Virus record (IMG/VR): IMGVR_UViG_3300048575_000392
Span: 12,145 to 76,144 of that record
From: a virus
Taxonomy: Duplodnaviria > Caudoviricetes
Length of the DNA: 64,000 nucleotides
Reading direction: 5' to 3' (one strand)
This document shows positions 27,301 through 36,051 of this stretch, one piece after another (position 1 is the stretch's first letter; each line of letters begins with the position of its first letter). The translations under genes and the position numbers were made by a program. The notes under the pieces were generated by a model. It saw only the letters and a list, made by a program, of their open reading frames with translations, did no database searches and was not told where the DNA came from.

Positions 27301-30110
27301 AGCTCTTCGAGCTGCTTCCGGACCTCGGGGTTGTTCGACACCCAGTTCTTGAAGTTGTCCTCGGCGTTCCGGTTGAAGGTCTCGGTGTCGATCCGGCTCG
27401 AGCGCTGCTTCTGCATGTTGAGGAAGTAGACGAGCTCGTGGTTGTAGTCCTGCCAGTCCCCGGCCGCGATGGTATGCCCCGCCTCGCGCCAGTTCTTTCC
27501 TCGGACGTACTTGTCCTCGTCGTAGACGACGCCCCACTTCCCCTCCTCATTCCTCGCGAGGTGGAACTCACCGAAGGCGTACCCGAAGTCCATGCCGTTG
27601 CCGTCGCGGGCCCACTGGTCGATGAGCTCCTCAGGAATCCACGAGGACTGGGGCGTGAACTCCGCTTCCTCGATCGGGACCCATCCGACAGCCTTCTCCA
27701 GCTCGTCCACGCCATGCTGCCACTTCTCCCGCGCGGCCGCGAACTTCTCGCCGGGGTGCTTATCTATCGCCTTGCGGAGGGCGTCAACCTTGTCCCAGGC
27801 GTTCCCCGCGATGAAGTCTTCCCGAAGCTGCCAGGCCCCCTCGGGCGTCAGAAAGGCATCGGCGCACTCCTGAAGGGAGGCCTTGAGCCCCTCGAAGTCA
27901 TTCGGGAAGTAGGCGCGGAGCTGCTTCGGCGTGGCCTCGATCATGTTCCTCTGGAGGGTGAGGAGGGCCGTGACCGCCGGATTGTGCCCGTCGACGATCT
28001 CGATCTCCTTCGCATAGACGTTCTGCTTCGTGAGGAGGTCGTCGTCTATACCCACGAGGCCCTCGTAAACGCCCGCCAGAGCCGCATTGGCGTTGAGGAC
28101 CTTCCGGATATCCTTGTCTTCCCGCGGCGCCACGCCATAGGCCTCCTCGTAGGCCTGGAGGAGGCGCCGGGCCTCTCTCTGGAGATCGTCGACGGGTTCG
28201 TCGGCCCTCATGGCGTCCCGGATGCCTTTGACGGCCTCGGCTATCGCCTTGACGCGCTCGAGCTTCTCGGCCGCCACCTCGTCGGCGCCCTTCACGCGCT
28301 CCCATCGATGGTTCGCGTTCAGGCGGTAGACCCGGCCGTCCTCGCTCTTCGTCGCCCCCACGGTCAGGGTCTTGGCCGCGACGGCCTCCGCCTCTCCCTC
28401 CGTGAGCGCGAGCTCGTCGCCTTTCTTCTTTGGCGCCGCCGCGCCGCCCTTCGTCATGGAGCGCAGCCTGTCGAGGTCCTCCACCGTCATGTCCGCCTCG
28501 GGCTCGAAGCGGGACGCGGCCGCGTCCATGTCGGCGAGCGAGAGCTCCCCCTCTACCACGTCCCGGCCCCAGTTTCCGGCGCCCTCCGCGAGTGCGCCAA
28601 GGATGTGCTCGGGCTTCACTTTGTAGTAGGAGCCCTCGACCCATGCCTCATTCCAGAACCCGGCGGCCTTGAGACCTTTCTCGTCGAGCTGGGCGAGGCG
28701 CTGGCGCGTCTCCTCGGGGTACTTCCGGAAAAAGATGATATCCGGCTGTACGCCGGTCTGCGTATGCTTGAAGGAGCCGTTCGGGAGCCTCGCGGCGCCC
28801 ATGAACTGCCCCTTCTTGAGCATCTCGGCCCGCCAGTCCCGGTTCCCCTTGCCATCCATCACGCCGGGATGGACGATCAGCGCCATGGACCCGCCGTCGG
28901 CAAGTGCGTCCAGGGAGCGGGAGAGGAAGTAGCGGTCGAGACTCTTCTCCTCGGGCATGTCCATGAAGGAGGTGAGGACCGACCGATCGCCGAACGGGGC
29001 ATTCCCGACCACGCGCGAGAACTGGCGCTCGTTGTAGAGGTTGAACTGCTCGAAGCTCCCGGAATGGATCGCTGCGCCCTCCTGGAGGATCGAGGCGGCC
29101 GCGGCCGTCCTCTTGTCGAGCTCCACGCCGTGAAGATCCAGCCCTTCCGGGGCGACCTCGAAGAAAACGCCTGTCCCGCACGAGGGTTCAAGGACCGACT
29201 CGCCGGCCGCGATCGGGGCTATCTTGTCGAGCATCTTCCACGTCATCTTCGCCACTGGAGGGGAGGTGAAGAAGTCGTAGAGGACTCCGCGCTCGTCGTC
29301 CGCCTTCACGCCGCCGAAGCCCGAGTACCTCCGGACCTTCTCGACATCCTCGGCCGAAAGCTCATCGCGCGGCTTAAGGAGGAGCTCGGCGACCTCCTGA
29401 TTGAGCTTCGCCCTCGCCGCGGGGTTTAGGTGCTTTCCCTTATTTCCCCATGATCCGTAGTCCCTGAACGGGGTCTCCTTGATGGAGAGCGACAGGTCAC
29501 GCCGCTTCGTGTCCTCCGGGGAGGCTTCCTTTTCAGCCTTCTTGCGCTCCACGAGGTCCCCGAGCTTCCGCGCGAGGGAGTCAACGCGGGCCTGCTTCTT
29601 ATCCCCCGCGGCTTTCCGCTCCTTCAGCTTCGTCTCGCCAGCGGTCCCCGTGATGGCGTAGAAGGTCGCCCGTCCGTTGTTCCAGGCGAAGGCCTCGCCG
29701 GCGGCTACCTTGGCCTCCATGTAGCGCTTGGCCGCCGGCCCGCTTGTCTCGAAGCACTTCGTCACATCGGCCGAACTGAGTACGAGGTCCCCGTGGTCCT
29801 TCTTCCACTCCTGGAACTTGCCGTCCAGCTTGGAGCTCGCCGCCTTGACTGCCGGCGTCGGAGTCTTGGGCTTCTCGATGCCGAGCTTCGGCTCCTCCGC
29901 CGCGGGGGCGCCGCCATCGAAGAGGTCGAACTGGGCCGCCCGAGGCTTCTCCGCCTTGGCCTCGCTGGGGAGGACCCATACGCGCTTTCGGTAGGTGGTC
30001 CCGTCCTTGTTCGTGAGCGTGATGTCTCTCTGTACGAGGCGGGCGCTTCTCCTCGCCTTCTCGAGCGCGTCCTGCGCCGGTATCAGGATGAATCGCTGAA
30101 AAATGTTCAT
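24330..30110 (-). CDS. DarB-like polyvalent protein: N6-adenine methyltransferase plus SNF2 helicase
   Basis: Start re-called at MNIFQRF (ATGA overlap with MuF), 1926 aa; VLEPSCGTG and GNAPF methylase motifs; GTGFGKT, FVDEAH, LTATP and QRNGRIDRQG helicase motifs. Confidence 0.85.
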   Translation of the reverse strand: MNIFQRFILIPAQDALEKARRSARLVQRDITLTNKDGTTYRKRVWVLPSEAKAEKPRAAQFDLFDGGAPAAEEPKLGIEKPKTPTPAVKAASSKLDGKFQEWKKDHGDLVLSSADVTKCFETSGPAAKRYMEAKVAAGEAFAWNNGRATFYAITGTAGETKLKERKAAGDKKQARVDSLARKLGDLVERKKAEKEASPEDTKRRDLSLSIKETPFRDYGSWGNKGKHLNPAARAKLNQEVAELLLKPRDELSAEDVEKVRRYSGFGGVKADDERGVLYDFFTSPPVAKMTWKMLDKIAPIAAGESVLEPSCGTGVFFEVAPEGLDLHGVELDKRTAAAASILQEGAAIHSGSFEQFNLYNERQFSRVVGNAPFGDRSVLTSFMDMPEEKSLDRYFLSRSLDALADGGSMALIVHPGVMDGKGNRDWRAEMLKKGQFMGAARLPNGSFKHTQTGVQPDIIFFRKYPEETRQRLAQLDEKGLKAAGFWNEAWVEGSYYKVKPEHILGALAEGAGNWGRDVVEGELSLADMDAAASRFEPEADMTVEDLDRLRSMTKGGAAAPKKKGDELALTEGEAEAVAAKTLTVGATKSEDGRVYRLNANHRWERVKGADEVAAEKLERVKAIAEAVKGIRDAMRADEPVDDLQREARRLLQAYEEAYGVAPREDKDIRKVLNANAALAGVYEGLVGIDDDLLTKQNVYAKEIEIVDGHNPAVTALLTLQRNMIEATPKQLRAYFPNDFEGLKASLQECADAFLTPEGAWQLREDFIAGNAWDKVDALRKAIDKHPGEKFAAAREKWQHGVDELEKAVGWVPIEEAEFTPQSSWIPEELIDQWARDGNGMDFGYAFGEFHLARNEEGKWGVVYDEDKYVRGKNWREAGHTIAAGDWQDYNHELVYFLNMQKQRSSRIDTETFNRNAEDNFKNWVSNNPEVRKQLEELYNRKFNAEIGAPTKTYAVRIDGWSPKIVLGGHQWQSIHHLYRAGKGITALGTGFGKTLAAIGLIGLLRQEGKIKRPMVQVPNNKVKDWIKEIAKAMPGLKVGAVDPETEGYSNQVKRYKMYQELANGDFDVIVLPESAASEIQLRPEEDQRITDDIVAGQIMDKAAAKSSRKIEQAKETARGKLEAGKTNQTINFEDFGCDALFVDEAHNYKNLFSSSLSRDTGMNDGRRSDRAMSLFKKSEFIRRGHDGKNVFLLTATPLTNSPLEYYNMLMHVAPEELDRLNIRTIDDFIRNFADIEVQPKCDWGTGKTIDAKVLKGFKNLRTLQDMFFKYTDLQNDPTKIGLPKPKANNNPNVIPMQEDQTGVLRDLSAQLEEFKALGNDEKAEKYPGQSFLTFYSRMRTASLDLELYNPSKYAGWKNPKLSKLAENAMESFKATGGGQVVFCDRVLSGDGSFNMHDKIKAALVAQGFKDSEIVVVNGITKAGGKKSDTALEKEVSAAIDGFNAGKYKVIIGTTPTLGEGVNLQDNSAALHHFDIPYRPSDFIQRNGRIDRQGNRQASVALNTYLTAGTIDNYSVNLVQNKANWIDQLLRTKSNVFTNPNDDSFVDPDELLLALTEEWGDKEKANERRAEMEKIKTGKIKEANAQKVHETLAALSLMRGSIRGFEGDKGTVQYQNRLRKLYNMEEALRGNPEFQNLELLKDNPPDFIYDKAERRVYKPGDVFMMRSGPFVAMTINHKKQTMLLKPASQEGSGWTSDWVEWKQGGGEHWTHVASPTKEDLSGLKSLYAPADFAGQAEAFKRDRYRDMLRLSPDRETRYCKVNAEGKVEIASKGWSFSEKDIKEALNPYVAEDRARIVAAVRSGEAEADGGAINDPVFEQTGIAEALKEPAMKAYRAHKEAEYIDSMASTYWKPVEDIVERMKRRGVRGASAYELHDIIEMNPDYEVEYNRAYGGRAGYAFRKRPQVEKSMRMIYRNGPRLGIMRKEG

Positions 30111-31390
30111 AGCCCGCCCTCCGTCGTGCCCTTGTAAATCTCGTTGATGCGATCGAGGTAGCCCGGCGTTGAGTCGTCGAGGCGCTTGACGCCCTTGGCC
30201 TCGAACTCGGCCCGAGCCTTCGCCACCGCCGCGCCCCACGCCTCCTGCCGGCCTTTCAGCTTAGCCATGGCGGCATCGTACATGCTCTTCGCGTCCTTCA
30301 CCGCCGGGGCCAGCCAGCGGGCCCACGATCCGCGGCACCATGGATGCTGAGAACCGGCCGCTACCCAGTCGTCGGAGGCGCGCTTCCCGACCCGCGTCTT
30401 CCCCTCCCAGATAGCCACCTTCGCGTAGGGGTCGTCGATCTTCTCGTCACCGAGGGCCTCGTCGGACCAGAGGACCACCATCCCCCGGATGCGCTGGCAA
30501 TGGGCGCACGTCGCCTCGTCGTGCATCTCGATCCTTTGGAAGTAGAGCTTCTCTCCCGCCTTTGCATCCGAACGTTCGGATAGGAGGAAGGCGGTGTTCA
30601 TGTTCTCGTTGATCTCCGTCTCGACTATCCGCTGCCAGTCCCGGTTCAGCCCGCCGAAGCGGTCGAAGAGGTCCTGAGCCACCTCGCTCTTGGACTTCCG
30701 CTCCCTCACGCCCGAGATGAAGCTCTGCGTGATCGCGCTCTTGGTCTTCTGGTCTATGTCGCGGATGTACTGCGCGCACGCCGTCTCCGCTACCTTGATC
30801 CTATCGGCCTCGAAGTCGCCCACGCCGAACATGCGTTTGAAATTAACGGGATCGGACATGTACTCGAAGTTGTGTCTCCAGTACTCGATTTCAGCGAGGC
30901 GCTTCGCCTCCACGGCCTCCCATGAGTTGTACTTGAGCATCCGATCAAGGACCTTCCCGAGGGCGGCCGAGTCGAGGACGATGCGCTCCTCGCCCCCCCA
31001 CAGCCCCCGGTTCAAGAAGCGCTCGATCGCCCGGGTGAACTCGCCCCACTGCCTCATGGACATGGGCCGCCCCGTCTCGGGCGAGTAGATGACCTTCCCC
31101 TTGTAGACGAGCGGGTCCGTGTCGGCCGCCTTACTGAAGATCGTTATCCGGGGTAGGTCGAAGGCATGGCACGCAGCCTCGTAGATGCGGTCTAGGAGTC
31201 CCGCATACATGAAGGTCCATTTCTGCACGAGGTCCTCGTAGGACCGGTACGGGAAGGCCTCCTGATGCTCCGACTTCGGCTTGAGGGTGACGGGGACCTT
31301 CATCGCCTTGGCTAGTGAATCGACCGCCGTCAGGTACTTCTCTTTCCGATTCTCCTCGTCCACATCCCGGACGATCAGCTTGTACTCCAT
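30107..31390 (-). CDS. MuF / SPP1 gp7-like minor head protein
   Basis: 427 aa directly after the portal; RIVETEINE, CAHC and HPWCRGSW motifs. Confidence 0.8.
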   Translation of the reverse strand: MEYKLIVRDVDEENRKEKYLTAVDSLAKAMKVPVTLKPKSEHQEAFPYRSYEDLVQKWTFMYAGLLDRIYEAACHAFDLPRITIFSKAADTDPLVYKGKVIYSPETGRPMSMRQWGEFTRAIERFLNRGLWGGEERIVLDSAALGKVLDRMLKYNSWEAVEAKRLAEIEYWRHNFEYMSDPVNFKRMFGVGDFEADRIKVAETACAQYIRDIDQKTKSAITQSFISGVRERKSKSEVAQDLFDRFGGLNRDWQRIVETEINENMNTAFLLSERSDAKAGEKLYFQRIEMHDEATCAHCQRIRGMVVLWSDEALGDEKIDDPYAKVAIWEGKTRVGKRASDDWVAAGSQHPWCRGSWARWLAPAVKDAKSMYDAAMAKLKGRQEAWGAAVAKARAEFEAKGVKRLDDSTPGYLDRINEIYKGTTEGGL

Positions 31391-31400
31391 GCCCGGCCCC

Positions 31401-33143
31401 TTAGACGATGATCTCTATCACGTCGTCCGAGATGGACTTCCCCATCTCGTCGAAAATGCTCCGCTTGCCGCCAGCCTCCGGGCCCGCGCTCCGCCCCCCG
31501 CTCCCCCGCGGCCGGGACTGCGCCGACGCCTCCCGGTCGCCGACCTGAGGCTTCCCGGAGCCCGCCTCGGGGCCCTCCTGCCCGCCGTCACCCATAAGGA
31601 GCTTCTTGTAGGCAGCCATGGCGTCCTCGGAGTCGCCCTTGCCCTCCTCGTCGCCTCCGTCGTACTCCTCGGCCCCCGGAGGCGTGGGCGCCTCGCCGGC
31701 GCCGTCCTGCCCGCCCTGAGCCTGCCCCTGGGCCGCCATGACCATCTGCACGACGTAGGGATTGAGGGGAATCTTGGACCACGGCTGATTGAAGGGCTTC
31801 TGGTCCCTCTCCGCCAATAGTTGGTCGATCGACTTGATGGACCGGAGCTCCGCCTCCATGGTCGTGTTCTTCAGGCCCGGATCGTCCTTCTCGTAGCCGA
31901 TGAACTCGAAGTCGAAGCGCGGGTCCAGGCGGTCAAGGATCTTCTGATAGTGGGACTCCAGGAAGGACAGGACCGCCGCGAGGCCGCGGGATTTCGAGGC
32001 TTCGAGCCGGGGCGCCGGGTTCTCGGGGATGACCGATGTACTCTTCGAGGTCCGGATGCCGAGTTCCTCAAGGTCGATCCCGAACAGGGCCGCTACGCTC
32101 GACCATAGGAACTCCGTCCACTGGGTGAATTCCATGTCCTTGTTCGAGCCCTGAAGGGACACCCACTCGAACTTCCTGCCCTCGCTTCCGTTGCCCGTGC
32201 TCCCCGCAGGGATGATCGGCACGCGCCACTTCGACATGGGCCCGCCGGACATGATGTTGACGAGGTAGTCCTCGATCATCTCGACCTCTTCCATATCCGC
32301 GTCGCCCTGTAGAAGGAGCATTCCGCGGGGGAGGCGGTCCTCGGTGAAGAAGCCCATGTTGTACATGAAGGAGTTGATCATGCCCGTTATTAGGTCGATC
32401 GCCTGCTCGACCACGGAATAGCCGTAGCCCGCGTGTTCGATGTCCGTCCTCGGGTTCTGGTAGTCGAAAATCATGTCGTTCCGGGTGTAGTAGGCCGTCA
32501 CCTGGAGGTCGACCTCCTGCACGAAGCGGATGCGGTCGTCCCCGTTGTAGCCCTCCTCGGAGCACTTGAAGACCGTCGCCGGGTCCACCGCCCAGAAGGC
32601 ATAGAGCTTGCCCGCCTGCGTCCGCTGAAGCTCCGTGGTCACCTGGTCGAGGGTGAGGAGGTCCCGGATTACCTTGGCCGAGAAGTTCGTAAGGTCATCC
32701 TCGCGGTCCGGATCGCTTCCAAAGCCGGTCCTAAGGAAGAAGTCCGTGTAGCCCTTCATGAGCTCCTTCTCGCGCGCCGAAGGGGCCCTCTCGCCGTCCT
32801 TCAAGCGAATCTGGAAGCCACGGATGTTGTTGTCGGTCGATGGCTTCAAGAAGGGACGGGCCTGGTTGATCTGGTGCCCGATAATGGCGTTGATGATCCA
32901 CGCCCGCTCGGCCACGACGCGGAGGATGCGGTAGTCCAGCTTCCTGTTCGGCTCAATGACGTTCCGCGTCCCCTTGTACATGAGGCGGCTGTAGGGGTTC
33001 AGCATGACCGACCGGATCGGCTCAATGGCCCGATCCGGGGAGGCCGCGGGCTTGGCCGGCACTAGGGCCTTGGCCTCCGGCTTCACGACGCGCGACTTAG
33101 CAAGGAAGCTAAGAATTTCATCCTGAGATATGCGGTTCATCAT
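31401..33143 (-). CDS. Portal protein
   Basis: 580 aa after the terminase; GYGYSVVEQ, FFTEDRLPRGML and SNKDMEF resemble SPO1/K-like portals. Confidence 0.85.
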   Translation of the reverse strand: MMNRISQDEILSFLAKSRVVKPEAKALVPAKPAASPDRAIEPIRSVMLNPYSRLMYKGTRNVIEPNRKLDYRILRVVAERAWIINAIIGHQINQARPFLKPSTDNNIRGFQIRLKDGERAPSAREKELMKGYTDFFLRTGFGSDPDREDDLTNFSAKVIRDLLTLDQVTTELQRTQAGKLYAFWAVDPATVFKCSEEGYNGDDRIRFVQEVDLQVTAYYTRNDMIFDYQNPRTDIEHAGYGYSVVEQAIDLITGMINSFMYNMGFFTEDRLPRGMLLLQGDADMEEVEMIEDYLVNIMSGGPMSKWRVPIIPAGSTGNGSEGRKFEWVSLQGSNKDMEFTQWTEFLWSSVAALFGIDLEELGIRTSKSTSVIPENPAPRLEASKSRGLAAVLSFLESHYQKILDRLDPRFDFEFIGYEKDDPGLKNTTMEAELRSIKSIDQLLAERDQKPFNQPWSKIPLNPYVVQMVMAAQGQAQGGQDGAGEAPTPPGAEEYDGGDEEGKGDSEDAMAAYKKLLMGDGGQEGPEAGSGKPQVGDREASAQSRPRGSGGRSAGPEAGGKRSIFDEMGKSISDDVIEIIV

Positions 33144-34717
33144 CGTATCCTCCCGAGTCTCGCCAGCACGCCAGGAGCGACATATCTCTTCGTCGTCGAC
33201 TTCACGGGCTTGCCCTGCTTTTCTGCGTACTGTTTATAGAAACCGCCATTCCCGGCCGCCTTCGCGGTGTCGGTGATGGCGAAATTCGCCAGAGCCCACG
33301 CCCAGAAGCTGTCGGCGTGGCCTTGTTCGTCCCTCTGGGCGTCATAGCGAAATCGGCCCGCCAAGGTCGTCATTCGCTTTATGGAGTGGATCTGCTTGTG
33401 GAACTTCGGGTCGTTCTGGAGAAGGAACTCGCGCTTCTCGAGCCCTGCCCTGACGCCTATGGCGAGGGTTTCCTTGGACTCGGGGCTGAAGATGACCCCC
33501 TCGATCTTCGCGGCGCCGAACTCGTCCTGGAGTTTCTCGCAGAGCGGCTCTCCCTGGCCTGTCTGGTCCATGCAGCCGCGGACCACAGGCAGGTTCTTCA
33601 TGATCTTCCGGATCACGTCGAGCTGGAACTCGAACTTCGTGTTCGTCATCTCGATCTCGGCCACGCTGCGCTTCTTCCCGTCTTTCGTGACCCCGATAAC
33701 GAAGACGACGGCCGCGTCTCGGCGGCGCGCCACGTCGTAACCAAGGTATATCCGGCCATGGACCTCCGGATCGTAGCCGAGAAGGAGGGAGTCCGCGTCC
33801 TTGAAGACGTGAACCTCGATGTCCGCTTCCTCGTCCTCGTCCCGGAGCTCCTCCGTGCGGTCTTCGGGCCTCATCCCCGGCGTATTGGCATGGATCAGGT
33901 CCAAGGTGATGTAGCTGCTCGCGCTATCGACGAAGGAGCACTCGAATTCCTGCTGGAAATCCTCCAGGAACATGGAATTGAAGATGCTCTTGATGGATGC
34001 CGAGCCGAAGATGTTGACCCGCTCCTCCGTCTCCATGTGCGGGCAGAGCTTCACAGCCTCCTCTACGTTCGTGCAGAGAGAGGTCGCAAACCACCACGGG
34101 ACCACAAATCGGGCGTACTCGGGGTATTTCTGCTTGTCCGTGCAGATTTCGTAGAAGGTTCCGACCTTCCCGAGCGGCGAGCTCCCCGCCTCGACGCATC
34201 CGCCGCGGGCGATCACCGGGAGGCCGGCCGTGTAGATGATCCGCGCCTTGTTGGACGGGTAGATGCCCATCTCGTCGAAGGAGATGTCGCCTCCCTTGCC
34301 CCGCGGCGGCCGACAGGCGATGGATATCAGGCGGCTTGTCGTCTTCCCGCCGGCATCCAGGAACTCGAGCTGGGTCTTTGTGTCCGAGACGATCTTCTTT
34401 TTGTACTTCTTGGGGATGCTGTTATAGAATTCCTTGACGTAGTTGATCTTCTCCTTCGCGTCGTCCTCGTTGTAGGAGACGAACTGCTTCACGTACTTGA
34501 TCCTGGCCGGGTCCATGGCCTTCACGAAGCCCTTAAGGCCCGTGGCGAAGGAAAAGCCGGTACGGCGCGACTTCAGGATGCAGGAGTACTTGTAGTTGGC
34601 TTTGACGAACTTCTCCTGCCAGAAATCGAGGTCGATATCCTTCCCGTCCACCTTGATGAAGGCGTCTATGTAGTTGAGGCGCTCCTCGGGCGTCCAGAGC
34701 TTGCCGGTTACCGCCAT
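33140..34717 (-). CDS. Terminase large subunit
   Basis: KSRRTGFS Walker A, ISFDE Walker B, LGYDVA and HADSFWA nuclease motifs. Confidence 0.9.
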   Translation of the reverse strand: MAVTGKLWTPEERLNYIDAFIKVDGKDIDLDFWQEKFVKANYKYSCILKSRRTGFSFATGLKGFVKAMDPARIKYVKQFVSYNEDDAKEKINYVKEFYNSIPKKYKKKIVSDTKTQLEFLDAGGKTTSRLISIACRPPRGKGGDISFDEMGIYPSNKARIIYTAGLPVIARGGCVEAGSSPLGKVGTFYEICTDKQKYPEYARFVVPWWFATSLCTNVEEAVKLCPHMETEERVNIFGSASIKSIFNSMFLEDFQQEFECSFVDSASSYITLDLIHANTPGMRPEDRTEELRDEDEEADIEVHVFKDADSLLLGYDPEVHGRIYLGYDVARRRDAAVVFVIGVTKDGKKRSVAEIEMTNTKFEFQLDVIRKIMKNLPVVRGCMDQTGQGEPLCEKLQDEFGAAKIEGVIFSPESKETLAIGVRAGLEKREFLLQNDPKFHKQIHSIKRMTTLAGRFRYDAQRDEQGHADSFWAWALANFAITDTAKAAGNGGFYKQYAEKQGKPVKSTTKRYVAPGVLARLGRIR

Positions 34718-34749
34718 TTCAGCCTCAAAGTGTATGCTTTTGTATTCAC

Positions 34750-35517
34750 CTACTCTTCCTCCGGGAGGCTTCTGGAGGCCTCAAGGAAGTCAGCCGCAGC
34801 CTCGGCGGTCAGGTCCTTCTTCTTCCGCACGGTCGTCTTGACCGAGAGCTTGTCCTTGATGATTTCGGCCGTGGTCTCTACATCAAAGCCGTCATCGCCC
34901 TTGTCGCCGAAGGTCTTCTGGAACATGGAAACGAGGTCGTCCATGCTCTTCTCGCGATTGGCCATGATGTAGACCTTGAGGCCGCGCTGGGAGCGATAGT
35001 CGACCGAATCGATGGCCTGGCGCTGTTCGTCCGAGAGCTCGTCTAGGTCCTTGAGGACCTCCTTCTGGTATTGCTGCTTCGTGTCCGGGTCGGTGACCGT
35101 AACCTTCTTGAAATAGTCCTTGATGTCGTAGTGGACCCGGCGCCTCTTCAGCTCCAGAATGCGGTGGTACTCCTCTTCCAGGTCGGCTTTGACGGTGTTC
35201 TCGACCACCCGGCGAATCACCTTGGCTACTTCGGGGTCATGGCGGAGCTTGTAGCCCATCTGGCGGCTCTGCCCCTTGGAGTACCCCGCCTTCACCGCCG
35301 ACTCCGAGGACCGCATGTAGGACGAGCTTCCGGGGTAGGTGTACCAGAAGATAAAGCGCTTCCGCATGGCCGTCAGCTTTGCGTCACCCCAGTCAATGGA
35401 GTCCAGGTCGAGGACCTCCCCGTCTGGGAGGGCGTTCTCCTGTTTCCCCTTCCCGCGGCCCCCAGCCCCCCGCGCGGCCTCGGCGCTGGCGGGGTCAGCC
35501 TTCTTCTTTCTGGGCAT
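34750..35517 (-). CDS. Terminase small subunit
   Basis: SAVKAGYS helix-turn-helix-type motif; immediately upstream of the large subunit. Confidence 0.8.
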   Translation of the reverse strand: MPRKKKADPASAEAARGAGGRGKGKQENALPDGEVLDLDSIDWGDAKLTAMRKRFIFWYTYPGSSSYMRSSESAVKAGYSKGQSRQMGYKLRHDPEVAKVIRRVVENTVKADLEEEYHRILELKRRRVHYDIKDYFKKVTVTDPDTKQQYQKEVLKDLDELSDEQRQAIDSVDYRSQRGLKVYIMANREKSMDDLVSMFQKTFGDKGDDGFDVETTAEIIKDKLSVKTTVRKKKDLTAEAAADFLEASRSLPEEE

Positions 35518-35671
35518 CGGCCCCGTCCTTGCATTGATGGCGAAGATATCCCCGAGCCTGGCGCCCGGTGTTGGTGATGATGGTCACGAGGGTGTCGTCG
35601 ACGATGATGATGTCGTCGGAGACGGCGCTATTGATGTACTTCACCTTCTCCCCGCACTTCTTGCAGACCAT
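35495..35671 (-). CDS. Small Zn-binding protein (CxxC...HxC), 58 aa
   Basis: Manually read MVCKKCGEKVKYINS...TGRQARGYLRHQCK; overlaps the small terminase start. Confidence 0.55.
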   Translation of the reverse strand: MVCKKCGEKVKYINSAVSDDIIIVDDTLVTIITNTGRQARGYLRHQCKDGADAQKEEG

Positions 35672-35691
35672 CCAGCCACCCCTCGCAAATG

Positions 35692-35797
35692 AAAAAGGCC
35701 GACACCGCCGCTACTAGGAGCGTGGTGTCGGCCCGAGTCTTTCAGCACCGACTTACATATCGGAAAAACTATAGAACCTTCAAGAATAGACGGTCAA
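35692..35797 (-). promoter_or_regulatory. Promoter plus conserved leader box plus terminator hairpin upstream of the terminase operon
   Basis: TTGACC(35797-35792)-N18-TATAGT, then AGTCGGTGCTGAAAGACTCG, then hairpin GGCCGACACC...GGTGTCGGCC and TTTTT. Confidence 0.7.
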
Positions 35798-36051
35798 CCG
35801 TTGCCGGCCTTGCCTGTCTCCTCTTGCGGCGATGGTTCCGCCGGCCTTCGCACGATCACAAGGCGCCGCCGGGGCGAGGCCTCGCTCTCGGGCAGGATCG
35901 ACCGGATGTCGGCGAGGCGGAGGGAGAACTTCTGTTCGATACCCTCGATGACCCCCCGTTCGATCTTGATCGAGAGCGTGCCGTAGAACTCGTTCCGGCA
36001 TATCTCGTCGATGTAGTCATGAACTTCCTTGGTTGCCGGGGCTCCCATCAT
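35794..36051 (-). CDS. DUF2292/YezD-like small protein, candidate late regulator
   Basis: FYGTLSIKIERGVIEGIEQKFSLR pattern; AAGGAG RBS; its stop overlaps the -35 of the late promoter. Confidence 0.5.
   Translation of the reverse strand: MMGAPATKEVHDYIDEICRNEFYGTLSIKIERGVIEGIEQKFSLRLADIRSILPESEASPRRRLVIVRRPAEPSPQEETGKAGNG

Noticed and set aside
15222-34972. Long + strand ORFs inside the giant head and packaging genes (e.g. 20561..22213, 24489..25949, 26478..29429, 33317..34972)
   Set aside because: Shadow frames. Unlike 22230..22436 they lack a promoter and RBS, and the minus frame keeps normal composition.
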